Shown here: piece after piece, positions 11,101-20,928 of the stretch | How the letters are laid out: every line of letters begins with the position of its first letter | Numbering within the stretch: position 1 is the stretch's first letter | IMG/VR virus record: IMGVR_UViG_2905444465_000001 | Location: 25,723 to 89,722 of that record | DNA: 64,000 bases | Direction: 5' to 3' (one strand) | From: a virus | Lineage: Duplodnaviria > Caudoviricetes | The notes under the pieces: generated by a model | The model's input: the letters and a program-made list of their open reading frames with translations, nothing else | Databases searched by the model: none | What the model was told of the DNA's origin: nothing | Made by a program: the position numbers and the translations under genes

Positions 11101-11191
11101 ATCAAAAACTCCTTTCGTCTTAGGGAGCAAAAAAATACTCTCCATGTGTTTACATAGAGAGTATAGAATGCAATTTTCTACTTTTTATCTA

Positions 11192-12367
11192 CTAATCGAG
11201 AGATTTGAAAAAAGCAGTCACTTTTGCTCCGATTGAGCAATTTTCAATTTTCAGATAACCACCGTGATGTTCACATAAAATTTTACAGATATACAGCCCA
11301 AGTCCGAAATGCTCAGAGTGATTTTCTTCTTCCGTAAAATATGGATTGGTTGCTTTGCTTAAAATATTTTTTGAAAAGCCACATCCATTGTCTGAAACAG
11401 AGAGATAAAAGCCATCATTATTACTTGTGTAAGTGATGTTTACCTTTGATGTTGCGTATCGGATTGCATTTGAAATCAAATTATTATTAACTTGTGAAAC
11501 AAAAGTATAATCAATGCCAATAGGAATATCGGAAATGTTATTTTGAATAGAAAGAGTTTTTCCACTTTGCTCACACAAAATTCTTGCACTATCAGCTATT
11601 GCGGTCACATAACCGCTTATATTAGACTTGTCACTTATGGGTTGAGCATCTTCTAAACGACGCAAGTGGCTCATACTATCAACATATCTTTCCAAACGGA
11701 AAATATGTTTTCCCATTGTTACAGCGGTGCTTTTGGTTATTGGGTCATGGTTGGACTGTAAAATTTCATTATACCCTTTTAATACGGTAAGTGGAGTACG
11801 TAAATCGTGAGCAAAAGCAGCATTAAGTTGTTTTCGTTCTTCCATTTGCCGCCACATTTCAGAGAAATTATTAGCAAGGGTAAAACGCATTGTTTCAAAT
11901 GATGAACACAATTCTCCTAATTCATCTTTGCTGTCATATTTAATTGAGAAGTTTAAATTATTATTAGAAATCATTTCAGAAGCGGCTTTTAATTCTGTAA
12001 GCGGTTTTTTTAACTTGTTTCTATAGAATAACAAGGTCGCCGTAATAATACATAACGCTGAATAAATCGGAGTTGCAATTATTGGGGCAACTTCACATAT
12101 TGAAAGTAACCGTTGGTCTTTTTCAGACATTGCAACAGGTGCAACTCCAATATAATTGCCATCACCGAGTCTTTCTCCATTTTCATTTGTTAAATAATAT
12201 TTTTCTCCTGTTGGGGGATATTTGCTTTCAATCGTTTTTGTAGCATTATTGCACAAAGTAGCTGTTCCTGCACTTAATAGAATGGCAAGAATTACAAACG
12301 CTGAGATATAAAGTATTATACTTTTTCGCAATGACAGGTTACACCACATTTTCTTTATCTTATCCAC
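11192..12367 (-). CDS. Sensor histidine kinase (HAMP, HisKA, HATPase)
   Basis: Two TM segments, AHDLRTPLT H-box, NLISNAIRY N-box, DNGCGF, GLGL. Confidence 0.95.
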   Translation of the reverse strand: MDKIKKMWCNLSLRKSIILYISAFVILAILLSAGTATLCNNATKTIESKYPPTGEKYYLTNENGERLGDGNYIGVAPVAMSEKDQRLLSICEVAPIIATPIYSALCIITATLLFYRNKLKKPLTELKAASEMISNNNLNFSIKYDSKDELGELCSSFETMRFTLANNFSEMWRQMEERKQLNAAFAHDLRTPLTVLKGYNEILQSNHDPITKSTAVTMGKHIFRLERYVDSMSHLRRLEDAQPISDKSNISGYVTAIADSARILCEQSGKTLSIQNNISDIPIGIDYTFVSQVNNNLISNAIRYATSKVNITYTSNNDGFYLSVSDNGCGFSKNILSKATNPYFTEEENHSEHFGLGLYICKILCEHHGGYLKIENCSIGAKVTAFFKSLD

Positions 12368-13029
12368 TTATATCCACACCCCCAAACTGTTTCAATATAA
12401 GATTTATTTGTGTATGCTGCAATTTTTGTTCGTATTCTGCGAATATGCTCGGCAACAACACTACTATCTCCCTCACTGTCATATCCCCAAACTCTTTCAT
12501 AAATTCTCTCTTTATCAAAAACTTGTCCTGCGTTTTGAGATAATAACTCAACAATGTCAAATTCTTTTTTTACAAGACCAATAGGTTGGTTCTGTATATA
12601 AACAGTTCTTTCAGAGTAGTCAATTAAAAGTTCTCCTGAAAACTTAACTTTTGTATTCGTTTGATGTCGTTCTTCTCTTCTTAAATGTGCTTGCACTCTG
12701 GCTTCAAGTTCAACAAGAGAAAACGGCTTAACAATATAATCATCACCACCTACGGAAAATCCTTGTACCTTATCATTTTCTTCAATACGGGCAGTTAAAA
12801 AGAGTATAGGGCAAGAAACATAATCCCTAATTTTCTTGCAGACTTCCATCCCATCAAGCTTCGGCATATTTATATCTAATAAGATTATATCTGGTTGTAA
12901 TTCTGCTAATTTGAGGGTTTCTACTCCATTATAAGCAGAAAAGACCTCATAGCCCTTGCTTCTAAAAAATCCTGTAAGCATTTCAACTATATCAACTTCA
13001 TCATCGGAAATTAAAATCCTGTACCTCAC
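12355..13029 (-). CDS. OmpR-family response regulator
   Basis: ILISDDE, ILLDINMP, DDYIVKPF, IETVWGCGY; probable GTG start at 13029. Confidence 0.95.
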   Translation of the reverse strand: MRYRILISDDEVDIVEMLTGFFRSKGYEVFSAYNGVETLKLAELQPDIILLDINMPKLDGMEVCKKIRDYVSCPILFLTARIEENDKVQGFSVGGDDYIVKPFSLVELEARVQAHLRREERHQTNTKVKFSGELLIDYSERTVYIQNQPIGLVKKEFDIVELLSQNAGQVFDKERIYERVWGYDSEGDSSVVAEHIRRIRTKIAAYTNKSYIETVWGCGYKWIR

Positions 13030-13066
13030 ATATAACACCTCCATAATAAACACTAACGAAAAATTT

Positions 13067-13246
13067 TCAATTTTTCATCAACTTTTTTCTTGCATCAGCA
13101 GGCTTTTCAGCATTTTTCGGAATAAGCCACACACGGTTAATATTCATAACCCCCTCAATACGGTTTCCTTTACAAAGTCTTTGTACCCATCTTAACGATA
13201 CGTTCCACTTTTCAGCGGCTTCCTGTGCTGTCATATATTCAAACAT
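13067..13246 (-). CDS. Small excisionase-like HTH DNA-binding protein
   Basis: MFEYMTAQEAAEKWNVSLRWVQRLCKGNRIEGV...WLIPKNAEKP; GGAGG RBS; divergent from the Xre gene. Confidence 0.8.
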   Translation of the reverse strand: MFEYMTAQEAAEKWNVSLRWVQRLCKGNRIEGVMNINRVWLIPKNAEKPADARKKLMKN

Positions 13247-13440
13247 ATCTGACCTCCTAAGGTGTACTGTATATATTATAGCCGTTTGAACGAACAGTAT
13301 CAAGTGTGCAATTATGAACTTTGACCGCTTGTAATAAGAGATTTTATATCCTAATATCAGAGATTTCAAATCGTTCTATAAGAACTCACATTTCTGTAAA
13401 ATATAATAGTAGCATTTTGCAGATACAAGGTGGTGAGTTT

Positions 13441-13800
13441 ATGGACACAAGAAACAATGATTTTGACTTCGATTTTACACCGATAGGACAGGCAATCAAG
13501 AAAGCAAGGACAGCAAAAGGTATGACCAGAGAGCAGCTTGCTCGTATTGTAGATTATGACCCAAGACATCTTCAAGCGATTGAAAATGAGGGACAAAAGC
13601 CAAGTCTGGAGCTGCTCATTCAGCTTGTGACAATGTTCGGTGTATCGGTTGATGAATACATATTCCCAGATAATGAGGTCAAAAGAAGTTCCGTCCGCAG
13701 ACGCTTAGACGCAGAACTCGACAAACTAAACGATAAAGAGCTGTCCATAGTTGAAGCAACTGTCAGCGGACTATGTAAGGCAAAAGAGCCAGAGGAATAA
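13441..13800 (+). CDS. XRE-family HTH transcriptional regulator
   Basis: IKKARTAKGMTREQLA...IENEGQKPSLELL; followed by hairpin CCAGAGG-AATAAA-CCTCTGG plus T run. Confidence 0.9.
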   Translation: MDTRNNDFDFDFTPIGQAIKKARTAKGMTREQLARIVDYDPRHLQAIENEGQKPSLELLIQLVTMFGVSVDEYIFPDNEVKRSSVRRRLDAELDKLNDKELSIVEATVSGLCKAKEPEE

Positions 13801-13826
13801 ACCTCTGGTTTTTCTTTTGCCCATTT

Positions 13827-15602
13827 TTAATAGGCAGGAACACCGTAACCATAGATGGAGCTGCTTCCAACCGTATATTGCTTTTGTCTGCAAGCATCGC
13901 CAGAATTACCCTCCACGGTGTAAACGACACCGTTTTCGCATTTCTCCACAATGCCTACATGGTCGGTTTCTCCGTCGCCTTCCCAATCAAAGAAAATAAT
14001 ATCGCCTGCCTGCGGCTCGTAGTTTCTGTCTTGCCATTGTCCGTTACCCTTAAACCAATTTGAGCCGTCCACGCAGCCTGCGAATTTCGGGATAATCCCG
14101 CTTTCGATATAACCACACTGGTCGGCACACCACGATACGAAGCAGGCACACCATTCTACACGCCCATCAAAGCCATACCAACTCCAATAAGGCTGACCGC
14201 CCTCATTTCCGAGCTGTGTCAAAGCGACCTCTACAATGGCTTGGTTGCTGCCGCTTGTGAACGCCCGTCCATACGGATAATAGCGTAACACATGGGCGGG
14301 GTACTGTGTGTCGCCGTATTTTTCCCACCCTAACCGCTGTGCCTGCATGGTGGAAAACTCTACCGCATTGGCGTAGGAATAACCGCCGTAGTTGGTTTTC
14401 GCCCATGAGATATACCCATTGCCGAAGTTATAGCCCTGCAAGGCGAGCTTGATACGCTCCATGTCAATCGGGTTTTCCACCTCGGCAGAGATAAGGGCGG
14501 CTTTCAGCTCCTGCACGCCGCACTGGATGGAATACTCTGGGTCTTGTATCCCGTTCGGCTCATGGGGATACCTTGTGTTAAAGCTGCCCTCCGCCGCCTG
14601 CATGGGGTCAAGCCCACGCCCGCCAGACTCCTGCATCATCACCGCCTTGATAAGCTCCACATATTCGGGGATGCCGTACTGCTTAGCGTATTTCTGTATC
14701 AACGGCGTGTAGGCTTCCACCTCCGCACTGACGGGGGTATAGGAAGTGCTTTCGCTTCCTCCCCCAAATAAGGACACGGCACATCCGAGTAGGACAACAA
14801 TCAAGATAATCACGACGGCAATCCAGCCGCCTGCGATTAAAGCGGAAATCAGAGCCTTTGTTCCTGCAATAATCGCCTTGACCGCAACTATAGTGGCTCT
14901 GACCGTAGCTTTTGTTGCTTCAGCGGTTGCCTTTGCGGTGGCTTTTGCCGCCTGTGCTGCCTTTTGGGCAGTTTTCGCAGAAGCCTTTGCCGCTGCATGT
15001 GCCGTTTTTACCGAGGTTTCCGTCGTTTTGATTGCCGCCTTAGAAGTTGCCTGTGCGGTTTTAATTCCCTTTTCGGTAGTCTTGACTGTTCCCTTAGCAG
15101 TTGTTTTCACCGCTTTTTCTGCATTTCGGGCTGTGCTCTTAATCATTTTTTGCCCCTGCTGTCGGGTCTTTATCAACTGCGATTTTGCTGTCTGAGAAAC
15201 ATCGGGGGCAGAGGAACGGCTTGCAGCCCCGTGACGGATCTGCAAGCCGTGTTGTTCTGACATATTCTGTGCTGCTTTCTGTTCTGCGGCTTTGACAGCC
15301 CGACTTTGCTTGAAATCGGTTATTTTATCTTTTGCCTTACCGATATTCTCCTGCGTTGTCTTGACTGCCTTTTGCCCCTGCTTATTGAACTGGTGGACAC
15401 CTTCGTCCTTTGCACGGTCTGCCGCAAAAGAAATCCTGTCCGCAGCATATTCTGTGGCAGAGTTTTCATCAGCGTAATATCCCTGTTCCGCTTTTTCCTT
15501 TATCCCCACATAGGCAGACTTCATACGCTCACTGGCTATGGCGGCTTTATCTATGGTCTTTATCGTACCTTTGACCGCATCTCTGGTTTTTATATCAGCC
15601 AT
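13827..15602 (-). CDS. VirB1-like cell wall hydrolase (lysozyme-like plus CHAP)
   Basis: AVMMQESGG lysozyme motif, WCACFVSW and HVGIV CHAP motifs, one TM segment, Ala/Lys/Thr-rich N-terminal region. Confidence 0.9.
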   Translation of the reverse strand: MADIKTRDAVKGTIKTIDKAAIASERMKSAYVGIKEKAEQGYYADENSATEYAADRISFAADRAKDEGVHQFNKQGQKAVKTTQENIGKAKDKITDFKQSRAVKAAEQKAAQNMSEQHGLQIRHGAASRSSAPDVSQTAKSQLIKTRQQGQKMIKSTARNAEKAVKTTAKGTVKTTEKGIKTAQATSKAAIKTTETSVKTAHAAAKASAKTAQKAAQAAKATAKATAEATKATVRATIVAVKAIIAGTKALISALIAGGWIAVVIILIVVLLGCAVSLFGGGSESTSYTPVSAEVEAYTPLIQKYAKQYGIPEYVELIKAVMMQESGGRGLDPMQAAEGSFNTRYPHEPNGIQDPEYSIQCGVQELKAALISAEVENPIDMERIKLALQGYNFGNGYISWAKTNYGGYSYANAVEFSTMQAQRLGWEKYGDTQYPAHVLRYYPYGRAFTSGSNQAIVEVALTQLGNEGGQPYWSWYGFDGRVEWCACFVSWCADQCGYIESGIIPKFAGCVDGSNWFKGNGQWQDRNYEPQAGDIIFFDWEGDGETDHVGIVEKCENGVVYTVEGNSGDACRQKQYTVGSSSIYGYGVPAY

Positions 15603-15637
15603 AGAAAACCTCCTTTCCCAGAGAATTTGCGTTCAAA

Positions 15638-16411
15638 TCAGCCGACCTTTTTTGCCACTACAACGAGCCTGCCGTTCTGTGCGGAGTATTCGCAGGTGGA
15701 AAGGGTAATGAGCCTGTCGCCGTATCCAGCGGTCACACCTGTATCATACAAAGCAAGCTCCTTGCACTTCCCGATATAGGAATTAAAATCTTCCTCATTC
15801 TCCGCATCAACAAAGTCGTAGTATCGGAAGCCCTCAGAGCTGTACGCCACAGTCTTAAATACAGCGACGATTTCATACTCTGCCTGCTCTGTGAGGGTAT
15901 CAAACTGAATATTCTTGTGTTCCTCATAAAAGCTCTTGGACTTGTAATCCTCCAACGCTCCAAACATCTTGCCGCCCTTAATGTGATGACCGTAGATAAC
16001 CAGATTGTCACTTTCAGCAATATCGCAATTCTCCTGCACATAAGGCGTTCCTAAATCGCTGTACTCTTTTTCAAAATTGTGCTTCAGATAAAAATTCGGA
16101 TTGTTCCTGCTCTGCATCACAGGATAATTGATTGTCGTGCCGGCAATGGAAATCCAACCGACCATATCCTCATTCTGTAAATACAATTCCTGATACTTGG
16201 CAAGCACATCTTCCCCCTCGCTGACAGGGGCATCGTCTGGCACGGTTTCATCCGTGGGAGCCTGCTCTACCATCTCGGCAATCTCCTCAAAGGCTTCCGT
16301 CTGCTCGTCCACCTCTGCATAGTAATGATAAATGTGGAAGCCGCAAAAAGCCGCCGTACCTAACAGGCACACGGCGGCTACAACACAGATAATAGATTTA
16401 TAATTCTTCAT
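15638..16411 (-). CDS. srtB: Class B sortase
   Basis: N-terminal TM anchor, VIYGHH, ITLSTC and RLVVVAK catalytic motifs. Confidence 0.85.
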   Translation of the reverse strand: MKNYKSIICVVAAVCLLGTAAFCGFHIYHYYAEVDEQTEAFEEIAEMVEQAPTDETVPDDAPVSEGEDVLAKYQELYLQNEDMVGWISIAGTTINYPVMQSRNNPNFYLKHNFEKEYSDLGTPYVQENCDIAESDNLVIYGHHIKGGKMFGALEDYKSKSFYEEHKNIQFDTLTEQAEYEIVAVFKTVAYSSEGFRYYDFVDAENEEDFNSYIGKCKELALYDTGVTAGYGDRLITLSTCEYSAQNGRLVVVAKKVG

Positions 16412-16425
16412 AGGCTTTTCCTTTC

Positions 16426-16830
16426 TTATCTTGAAATTTCCGTCTGTTTTCTGGGAGCAGGAAGCTCCCTGCAATATTCGGGGTATCTGACCTTGATACC
16501 CTCCATAAAGTAGGGAGCAAACTCACAGCAAAACAACTCCTCTGGCGTGAAATACCGTTCCCGCCCTTCCTCTGCATACCCGTTCCAAAGGTTAAAAGCA
16601 AGATGGCAGACCTTGACTGTTCCGCTTGTCTGCCAGCCGCCGTGCATACCCTCTGGCTCGATGCAGTCCTCCTTGAAATTGAACATCTGGTTGATGTTCG
16701 CCCTCGTTTCCGAAGCGATACCCATCACATAGAAAAATGCCCTGTGATAACAGTCGTTCACTCTGCATTTCATCATATTTTCCAGAAAGAAATCACGGTG
16801 AGCCGTATCACGGAATTTAATATCAGCCAT
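16426..16830 (-). CDS. Conserved ICE hypothetical protein (DUF6075-like)
   Basis: 134 aa, HRDFF...YHRAFFYVMGI...WQTSGT..LAFNLWNG, in conjugation operon. Confidence 0.65.
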   Translation of the reverse strand: MADIKFRDTAHRDFFLENMMKCRVNDCYHRAFFYVMGIASETRANINQMFNFKEDCIEPEGMHGGWQTSGTVKVCHLAFNLWNGYAEEGRERYFTPEELFCCEFAPYFMEGIKVRYPEYCRELPAPRKQTEISR

Positions 16831-16845
16831 AAAAGACCTCCTTTC

Positions 16846-19179
16846 TTAGACCTCACCGAACTTGGTCGTCATCAACTTGTAAAGCTCGGTATTGCGTGGG
16901 AACTTGTTTACAAACGGCACAAGGGAGCTGCCAACTTTGAGTAATCCCTGTCCTGCACCGACATTCGTGATATAACTCATCTGAAGGTCGGAGATATTAA
17001 GGAGCTTGGCAAGCTCAAGTCTGTCCGTAGATGCTTGGTTAAGCATAATGATAAATTCGCTGTTAGCAAGCATCGTCCTTGCCGTATGGCTCTGCAAAAG
17101 GTCGTCTACATTCTGCGTAATACCCGTACAGTACGCACCGTATTTACGCACACGCTTCCAGAGGGTAAAGAGGAAGTTTGCAGAGTATTCGTGCTGAAAG
17201 AGCAAATAGATTTCATCAATGAAAATAAAGGTATTTCTGCCTTTGGCTCTGTTCTGCGTGATACGGTTTAAGATACTGTCAAGCACCACAAGCATACCGA
17301 TAGGCTGTAACTGCTTACCCAAATCCAGAATGTCATAGCAGATAAGGCGGCTGTGGGTATCCACATTGGTATGCTTGGCAAAGGTGTTGAGAGAGCCATC
17401 TGTAAATAATTCGATAGCAAGGGCGATTTCCTGTGCTTCTGGTTCGTTCTGTTTAAGAAGTTCCTCACGGAAGTCCTGCAAGGTTGGCGGCGTTCCCATA
17501 TAGTTGCCCTGCTGATAGTAGCGGTACACGCTTGCCGTACATCGGTCAATAATGGATTTCTGCTTTGCTCCCAAGTTCGTGCCGCCGATGAGCTGTTCGC
17601 AAAGGGATAAAATAAACTCCGATTTCAGAATGACAGGGTTTGCACCGTCACCGTAATCGGAGTTCATATCCATAGCATTGATGTGATTTTCACTTGTCGC
17701 AGAGATATGAATAACCTCTCCCTGCATTGCTTTAACAAGCGGGGAATATTCACGCTCTGGGTCAATGATGATTATATCGGCATTAGGGTCGGTCAGAATG
17801 ATATTCGTCATTTCTTCCTTTGCAGTAAAGGATTTTCCTGCACCCGACACACCGAGAATAAAGGAATTGCCGTTAAGGAGCTGCCTGCGGTTGGCGATAA
17901 TCATATTTTTGCTGATGACATTCTGACCGTAATACACACCATTTTCGTGGTAGATTTCCTGCACTCGGAACGGGATAAACACTGCAAGGCTCTCTGTTGT
18001 GAGGGTACGCAGGGCATCTATCTTCCGTACACCAAATGGCAGAGCTGTATTCAATCCGTCCATCTGCTGATATTTCAGCACCGCAAACTGGCACAAATGC
18101 TTTCTTGCGGTAGTCAAGAGAGCTTCTGTATCATTGTCGAGCTGCTCTTTGGTATCTGCCGTATGCACCATCGTCAGCACGGCAAACATCATTCTCTGGT
18201 CACGGGTCGTCAAATCGTCCAGAAATTCCTTGCTTTCCTTTCGCTGCTGTTCCAAGTCATAAGGAATAACGGCAGAAAAATTGTTGTTCTGGTTCTGCTT
18301 CCTCTGCCAATTCGTGATATTGGTTTCCACACCAAGCAGACGGTTTTCCACCTCCCGCACGGCTTCATCTGTGGGAACAGGGATAATGTCAACGGACAGC
18401 ATCATATTCCTGTTCAGCTCACAAAGCTCCGCCACCATACTGTCCTTGATATATGCCGCATACTCTCTGAGAAAAATCACACGCCCATATCTGTCACCCA
18501 TTCTGAAGCAGTCGCTCTCAAATTCAAAGGTATCGGGACAGATAAAATCCTTGAAATCGTGACCTTTCCGCATCGTCTGGGTAATATCGAAGTGGAACGC
18601 TGTTTCTTCTCCTGTACGGTAGAAGTCGTGGAAGATACGCAGCTTGTCGCCTGCGTCCAGTTCCACACATTTCGACCCCAGACGGTTAAAGTGGGCGATA
18701 AGGTCAGCACCCACACGGGCGAAGTAGTTTCGGGCTTCCTCAATATTCTTCTTGCAGACGGATACGGTTACATACTTATCCTGTACGATGGAATTAGCCC
18801 CTGTCGCCTTATCCAGAAGCATTTTGTTATATTCCTTACGGTACTTATCCAGACCGTCATCAGCCATTGGGATTAAAATAGTCTGTTCAAAATCAGCTTT
18901 GTTCAAGCGACGGTTGTTGATAGTGATTTTCGTGGTCGCACCGCTGTCAAGGGAATTAAGAAGCTCCGAGTATTCAAGGAACATTGCTTCCTTATCCTCA
19001 CGGCTTGCCACGGCATAGTTTATATCCTCAAATTTAAAGGTCTTTGCGTACTTGTTCCTGCCGACAAGGAATATGCCGTCATCCCAGATTGTCTTAATCG
19101 GGATAACATTCTGTACCGACTTCGGCACAACAAACTTTTCCCTGTCCTGCTTGAACAGATTTTTAAGAGTTCTCAGCAT
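16846..19179 (-). CDS. virB4: VirB4-like conjugation ATPase
   Basis: Walker A GVSGAGKS, IIDPEREY, IFIDEIY, WKRVRKYG, TQNVDDLL. Confidence 0.95.
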   Translation of the reverse strand: MLRTLKNLFKQDREKFVVPKSVQNVIPIKTIWDDGIFLVGRNKYAKTFKFEDINYAVASREDKEAMFLEYSELLNSLDSGATTKITINNRRLNKADFEQTILIPMADDGLDKYRKEYNKMLLDKATGANSIVQDKYVTVSVCKKNIEEARNYFARVGADLIAHFNRLGSKCVELDAGDKLRIFHDFYRTGEETAFHFDITQTMRKGHDFKDFICPDTFEFESDCFRMGDRYGRVIFLREYAAYIKDSMVAELCELNRNMMLSVDIIPVPTDEAVREVENRLLGVETNITNWQRKQNQNNNFSAVIPYDLEQQRKESKEFLDDLTTRDQRMMFAVLTMVHTADTKEQLDNDTEALLTTARKHLCQFAVLKYQQMDGLNTALPFGVRKIDALRTLTTESLAVFIPFRVQEIYHENGVYYGQNVISKNMIIANRRQLLNGNSFILGVSGAGKSFTAKEEMTNIILTDPNADIIIIDPEREYSPLVKAMQGEVIHISATSENHINAMDMNSDYGDGANPVILKSEFILSLCEQLIGGTNLGAKQKSIIDRCTASVYRYYQQGNYMGTPPTLQDFREELLKQNEPEAQEIALAIELFTDGSLNTFAKHTNVDTHSRLICYDILDLGKQLQPIGMLVVLDSILNRITQNRAKGRNTFIFIDEIYLLFQHEYSANFLFTLWKRVRKYGAYCTGITQNVDDLLQSHTARTMLANSEFIIMLNQASTDRLELAKLLNISDLQMSYITNVGAGQGLLKVGSSLVPFVNKFPRNTELYKLMTTKFGEV

Positions 19180-19615
19180 TGTTTACCTCCTTGCTGCGTT
19201 TCGCTTTTTTCTTTTTCGTTTTCTTTGGTTTCGGTGTCCTGCCTTTCTGCTTTTTCCGTACTGTCGGCAACCCTTTTTCATGGGCTTCAATGGTCGGCTT
19301 CATCGTTTCGTAATAGAGATTATCTGGCAGGAACATCAGCTTTTTCGGCATCAGAAATTCCGATTTAATCCACGCCCAGACAAACTGCTCTGCGGTCATA
19401 CCGTTGTATTTGATAAAGCCCATAGCCGCAAAGGGGAATGCACCTAAGATACAAACCCAACTGAGGGTTTCCGTACCAAACCGTGGACGAAGAAGGAAAT
19501 ACAAACCCACCGCCACGCCGCAGGCAAGGACAGAAAAAATGAACTGTCTGAGGGACAGTCCAAAAAACATACTCTCCGTATAATTACGGATTTCCTTATT
19601 TATCTTTACTTCCAA
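19163..19615 (-). CDS. PrgI-family (VirB3-like) membrane protein
   Basis: MEVKINKEIRNYTESMFFGLSLRQ, two TM segments, directly before virB4. Confidence 0.85.
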   Translation of the reverse strand: MEVKINKEIRNYTESMFFGLSLRQFIFSVLACGVAVGLYFLLRPRFGTETLSWVCILGAFPFAAMGFIKYNGMTAEQFVWAWIKSEFLMPKKLMFLPDNLYYETMKPTIEAHEKGLPTVRKKQKGRTPKPKKTKKKKAKRSKEVNNAENS

Positions 19616-19629
19616 TCATAGCACCTCCC

Positions 19630-20466
19630 TTACAAGCCCATCATTTCTCTTACAACACGGTCTGCCATTTTGACCGCACCGACAAGGACGAGCATATTGA
19701 ACACAAGCTCCCCGATATAGCTCCATACCATTGTAACCGCCGCAGCATCAGGATTGACCACAGGCGGAGAAGAAGCAAACAGGGAAAAGATAATGCAGGC
19801 AAGCACGATAACCGCACCTTCAAGACACACGGCGGCATAGCTCTTAATGAAGCTCTTGCCAACGCTCTGGCTCGGCTCTCCCGCAAAAGCGGAAAGGGGT
19901 ACGGGTGCAATGGCAGTATAGATATACAGCTTGAAAAACCTGCCGTATACCGACATAATCATAATGAATGACAGCACCGTGATAAACAGCCCGCCTATCA
20001 GCGTGACCGCCCATAGCGGGATACTCTCAAAAAATCCGCAGTCTTCAACGGCTGTCACGATTTCCTGCGGCAACACCGTCTGCTGTGCCGAGCCAAATCC
20101 TGCAGCATTCATAATCGTGGAAATCATACCTTGCACAATCTTAAACAGTGCCATCATCAGTTCTAATCCATAGGTCACTGCACCTTTGGCAATGGCAAAG
20201 CGGATAAACAGTTTCAACGCCTGCTCTGGTCGCTTGACTTCTGCAAAATTTCCACAGGTTCTCATTACACCCACAACAAAGAACAGCACGAGCAGGGCAA
20301 GTCCGATAGCCTGCACTGCACCGTGAATATCCACGATGACATTCCATATCGTGCCGCCCTTAAAATTCTCTGGGGATTGAGTAATGAGCTGCCATATCTC
20401 GGCTAATTTCTCATTCCAAGTGTTTAGGGCGTTCTCTAAATTCTGTACCACCCAGTTATCAGACAT
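19630..20466 (-). CDS. VirB6-like polytopic conjugation membrane protein
   Basis: Several TM segments, YGRFFKLYIYTAIAPVPL motif, position in operon. Confidence 0.8.
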   Translation of the reverse strand: MSDNWVVQNLENALNTWNEKLAEIWQLITQSPENFKGGTIWNVIVDIHGAVQAIGLALLVLFFVVGVMRTCGNFAEVKRPEQALKLFIRFAIAKGAVTYGLELMMALFKIVQGMISTIMNAAGFGSAQQTVLPQEIVTAVEDCGFFESIPLWAVTLIGGLFITVLSFIMIMSVYGRFFKLYIYTAIAPVPLSAFAGEPSQSVGKSFIKSYAAVCLEGAVIVLACIIFSLFASSPPVVNPDAAAVTMVWSYIGELVFNMLVLVGAVKMADRVVREMMGL

Positions 20467-20557
20467 TTGACCACCTCCTTGATGATATTAGATAACGGGA
20501 GCGAGTTCCGCACTCGGCGGATCTGCTCCCGTTATCTTTTTGTGTCAGTCTGTTATC

Positions 20558-20914
20558 TTAGCCTGTGATAAGAGTCAAGATTTCCTTTGCGAAGGTAATG
20601 ACAACGCCGCCTGCAAGGGTCAAAAAGCCGTTAGCCCTCTGGGACGGGTCGTGGGATTTGAGGGAAAGACCAATCTGCACGATACCAAAGCCGAGCATAA
20701 TCATACCAACAGCCCTCACCAGACCGAAAATGAAATCGGACAGATTGTTGACTACCTGAATGGGGTCATTGGCAGCAAAGGCGGTTACGGAAGTACCAAG
20801 CACAAATGTCATTGCCATAACAGCCATACAGTAATAGCGGAAGCCTTTCTTAACCTTTCCAGTCATCGGCAGCTTCGTGGTTTTCTTGTTCTCATTCTTC
20901 TTAAAAAGTTTCAT
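20558..20914 (-). CDS. VirB2/Maff2-like pilin-type membrane protein
   Basis: Signal peptide ...VTAFAA then two hydrophobic helices, immediately after virD4. Confidence 0.7.
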   Translation of the reverse strand: MKLFKKNENKKTTKLPMTGKVKKGFRYYCMAVMAMTFVLGTSVTAFAANDPIQVVNNLSDFIFGLVRAVGMIMLGFGIVQIGLSLKSHDPSQRANGFLTLAGGVVITFAKEILTLITG

Positions 20915-20928
20915 AGGGTAAATCCTCC

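Noticed and set aside
14746-15260. Ala/Val-rich plus-strand ORFs and apparent tandem repeats
   Set aside because: Antisense shadow of the low-complexity Ala/Lys/Thr linker in the VirB1-like protein
17683-18876. 397-aa plus-strand ORF (also 22883-23575, 47029-47760, 57279-58013 and similar)
   Set aside because: Fully antisense to well-supported genes, no motifs or RBS
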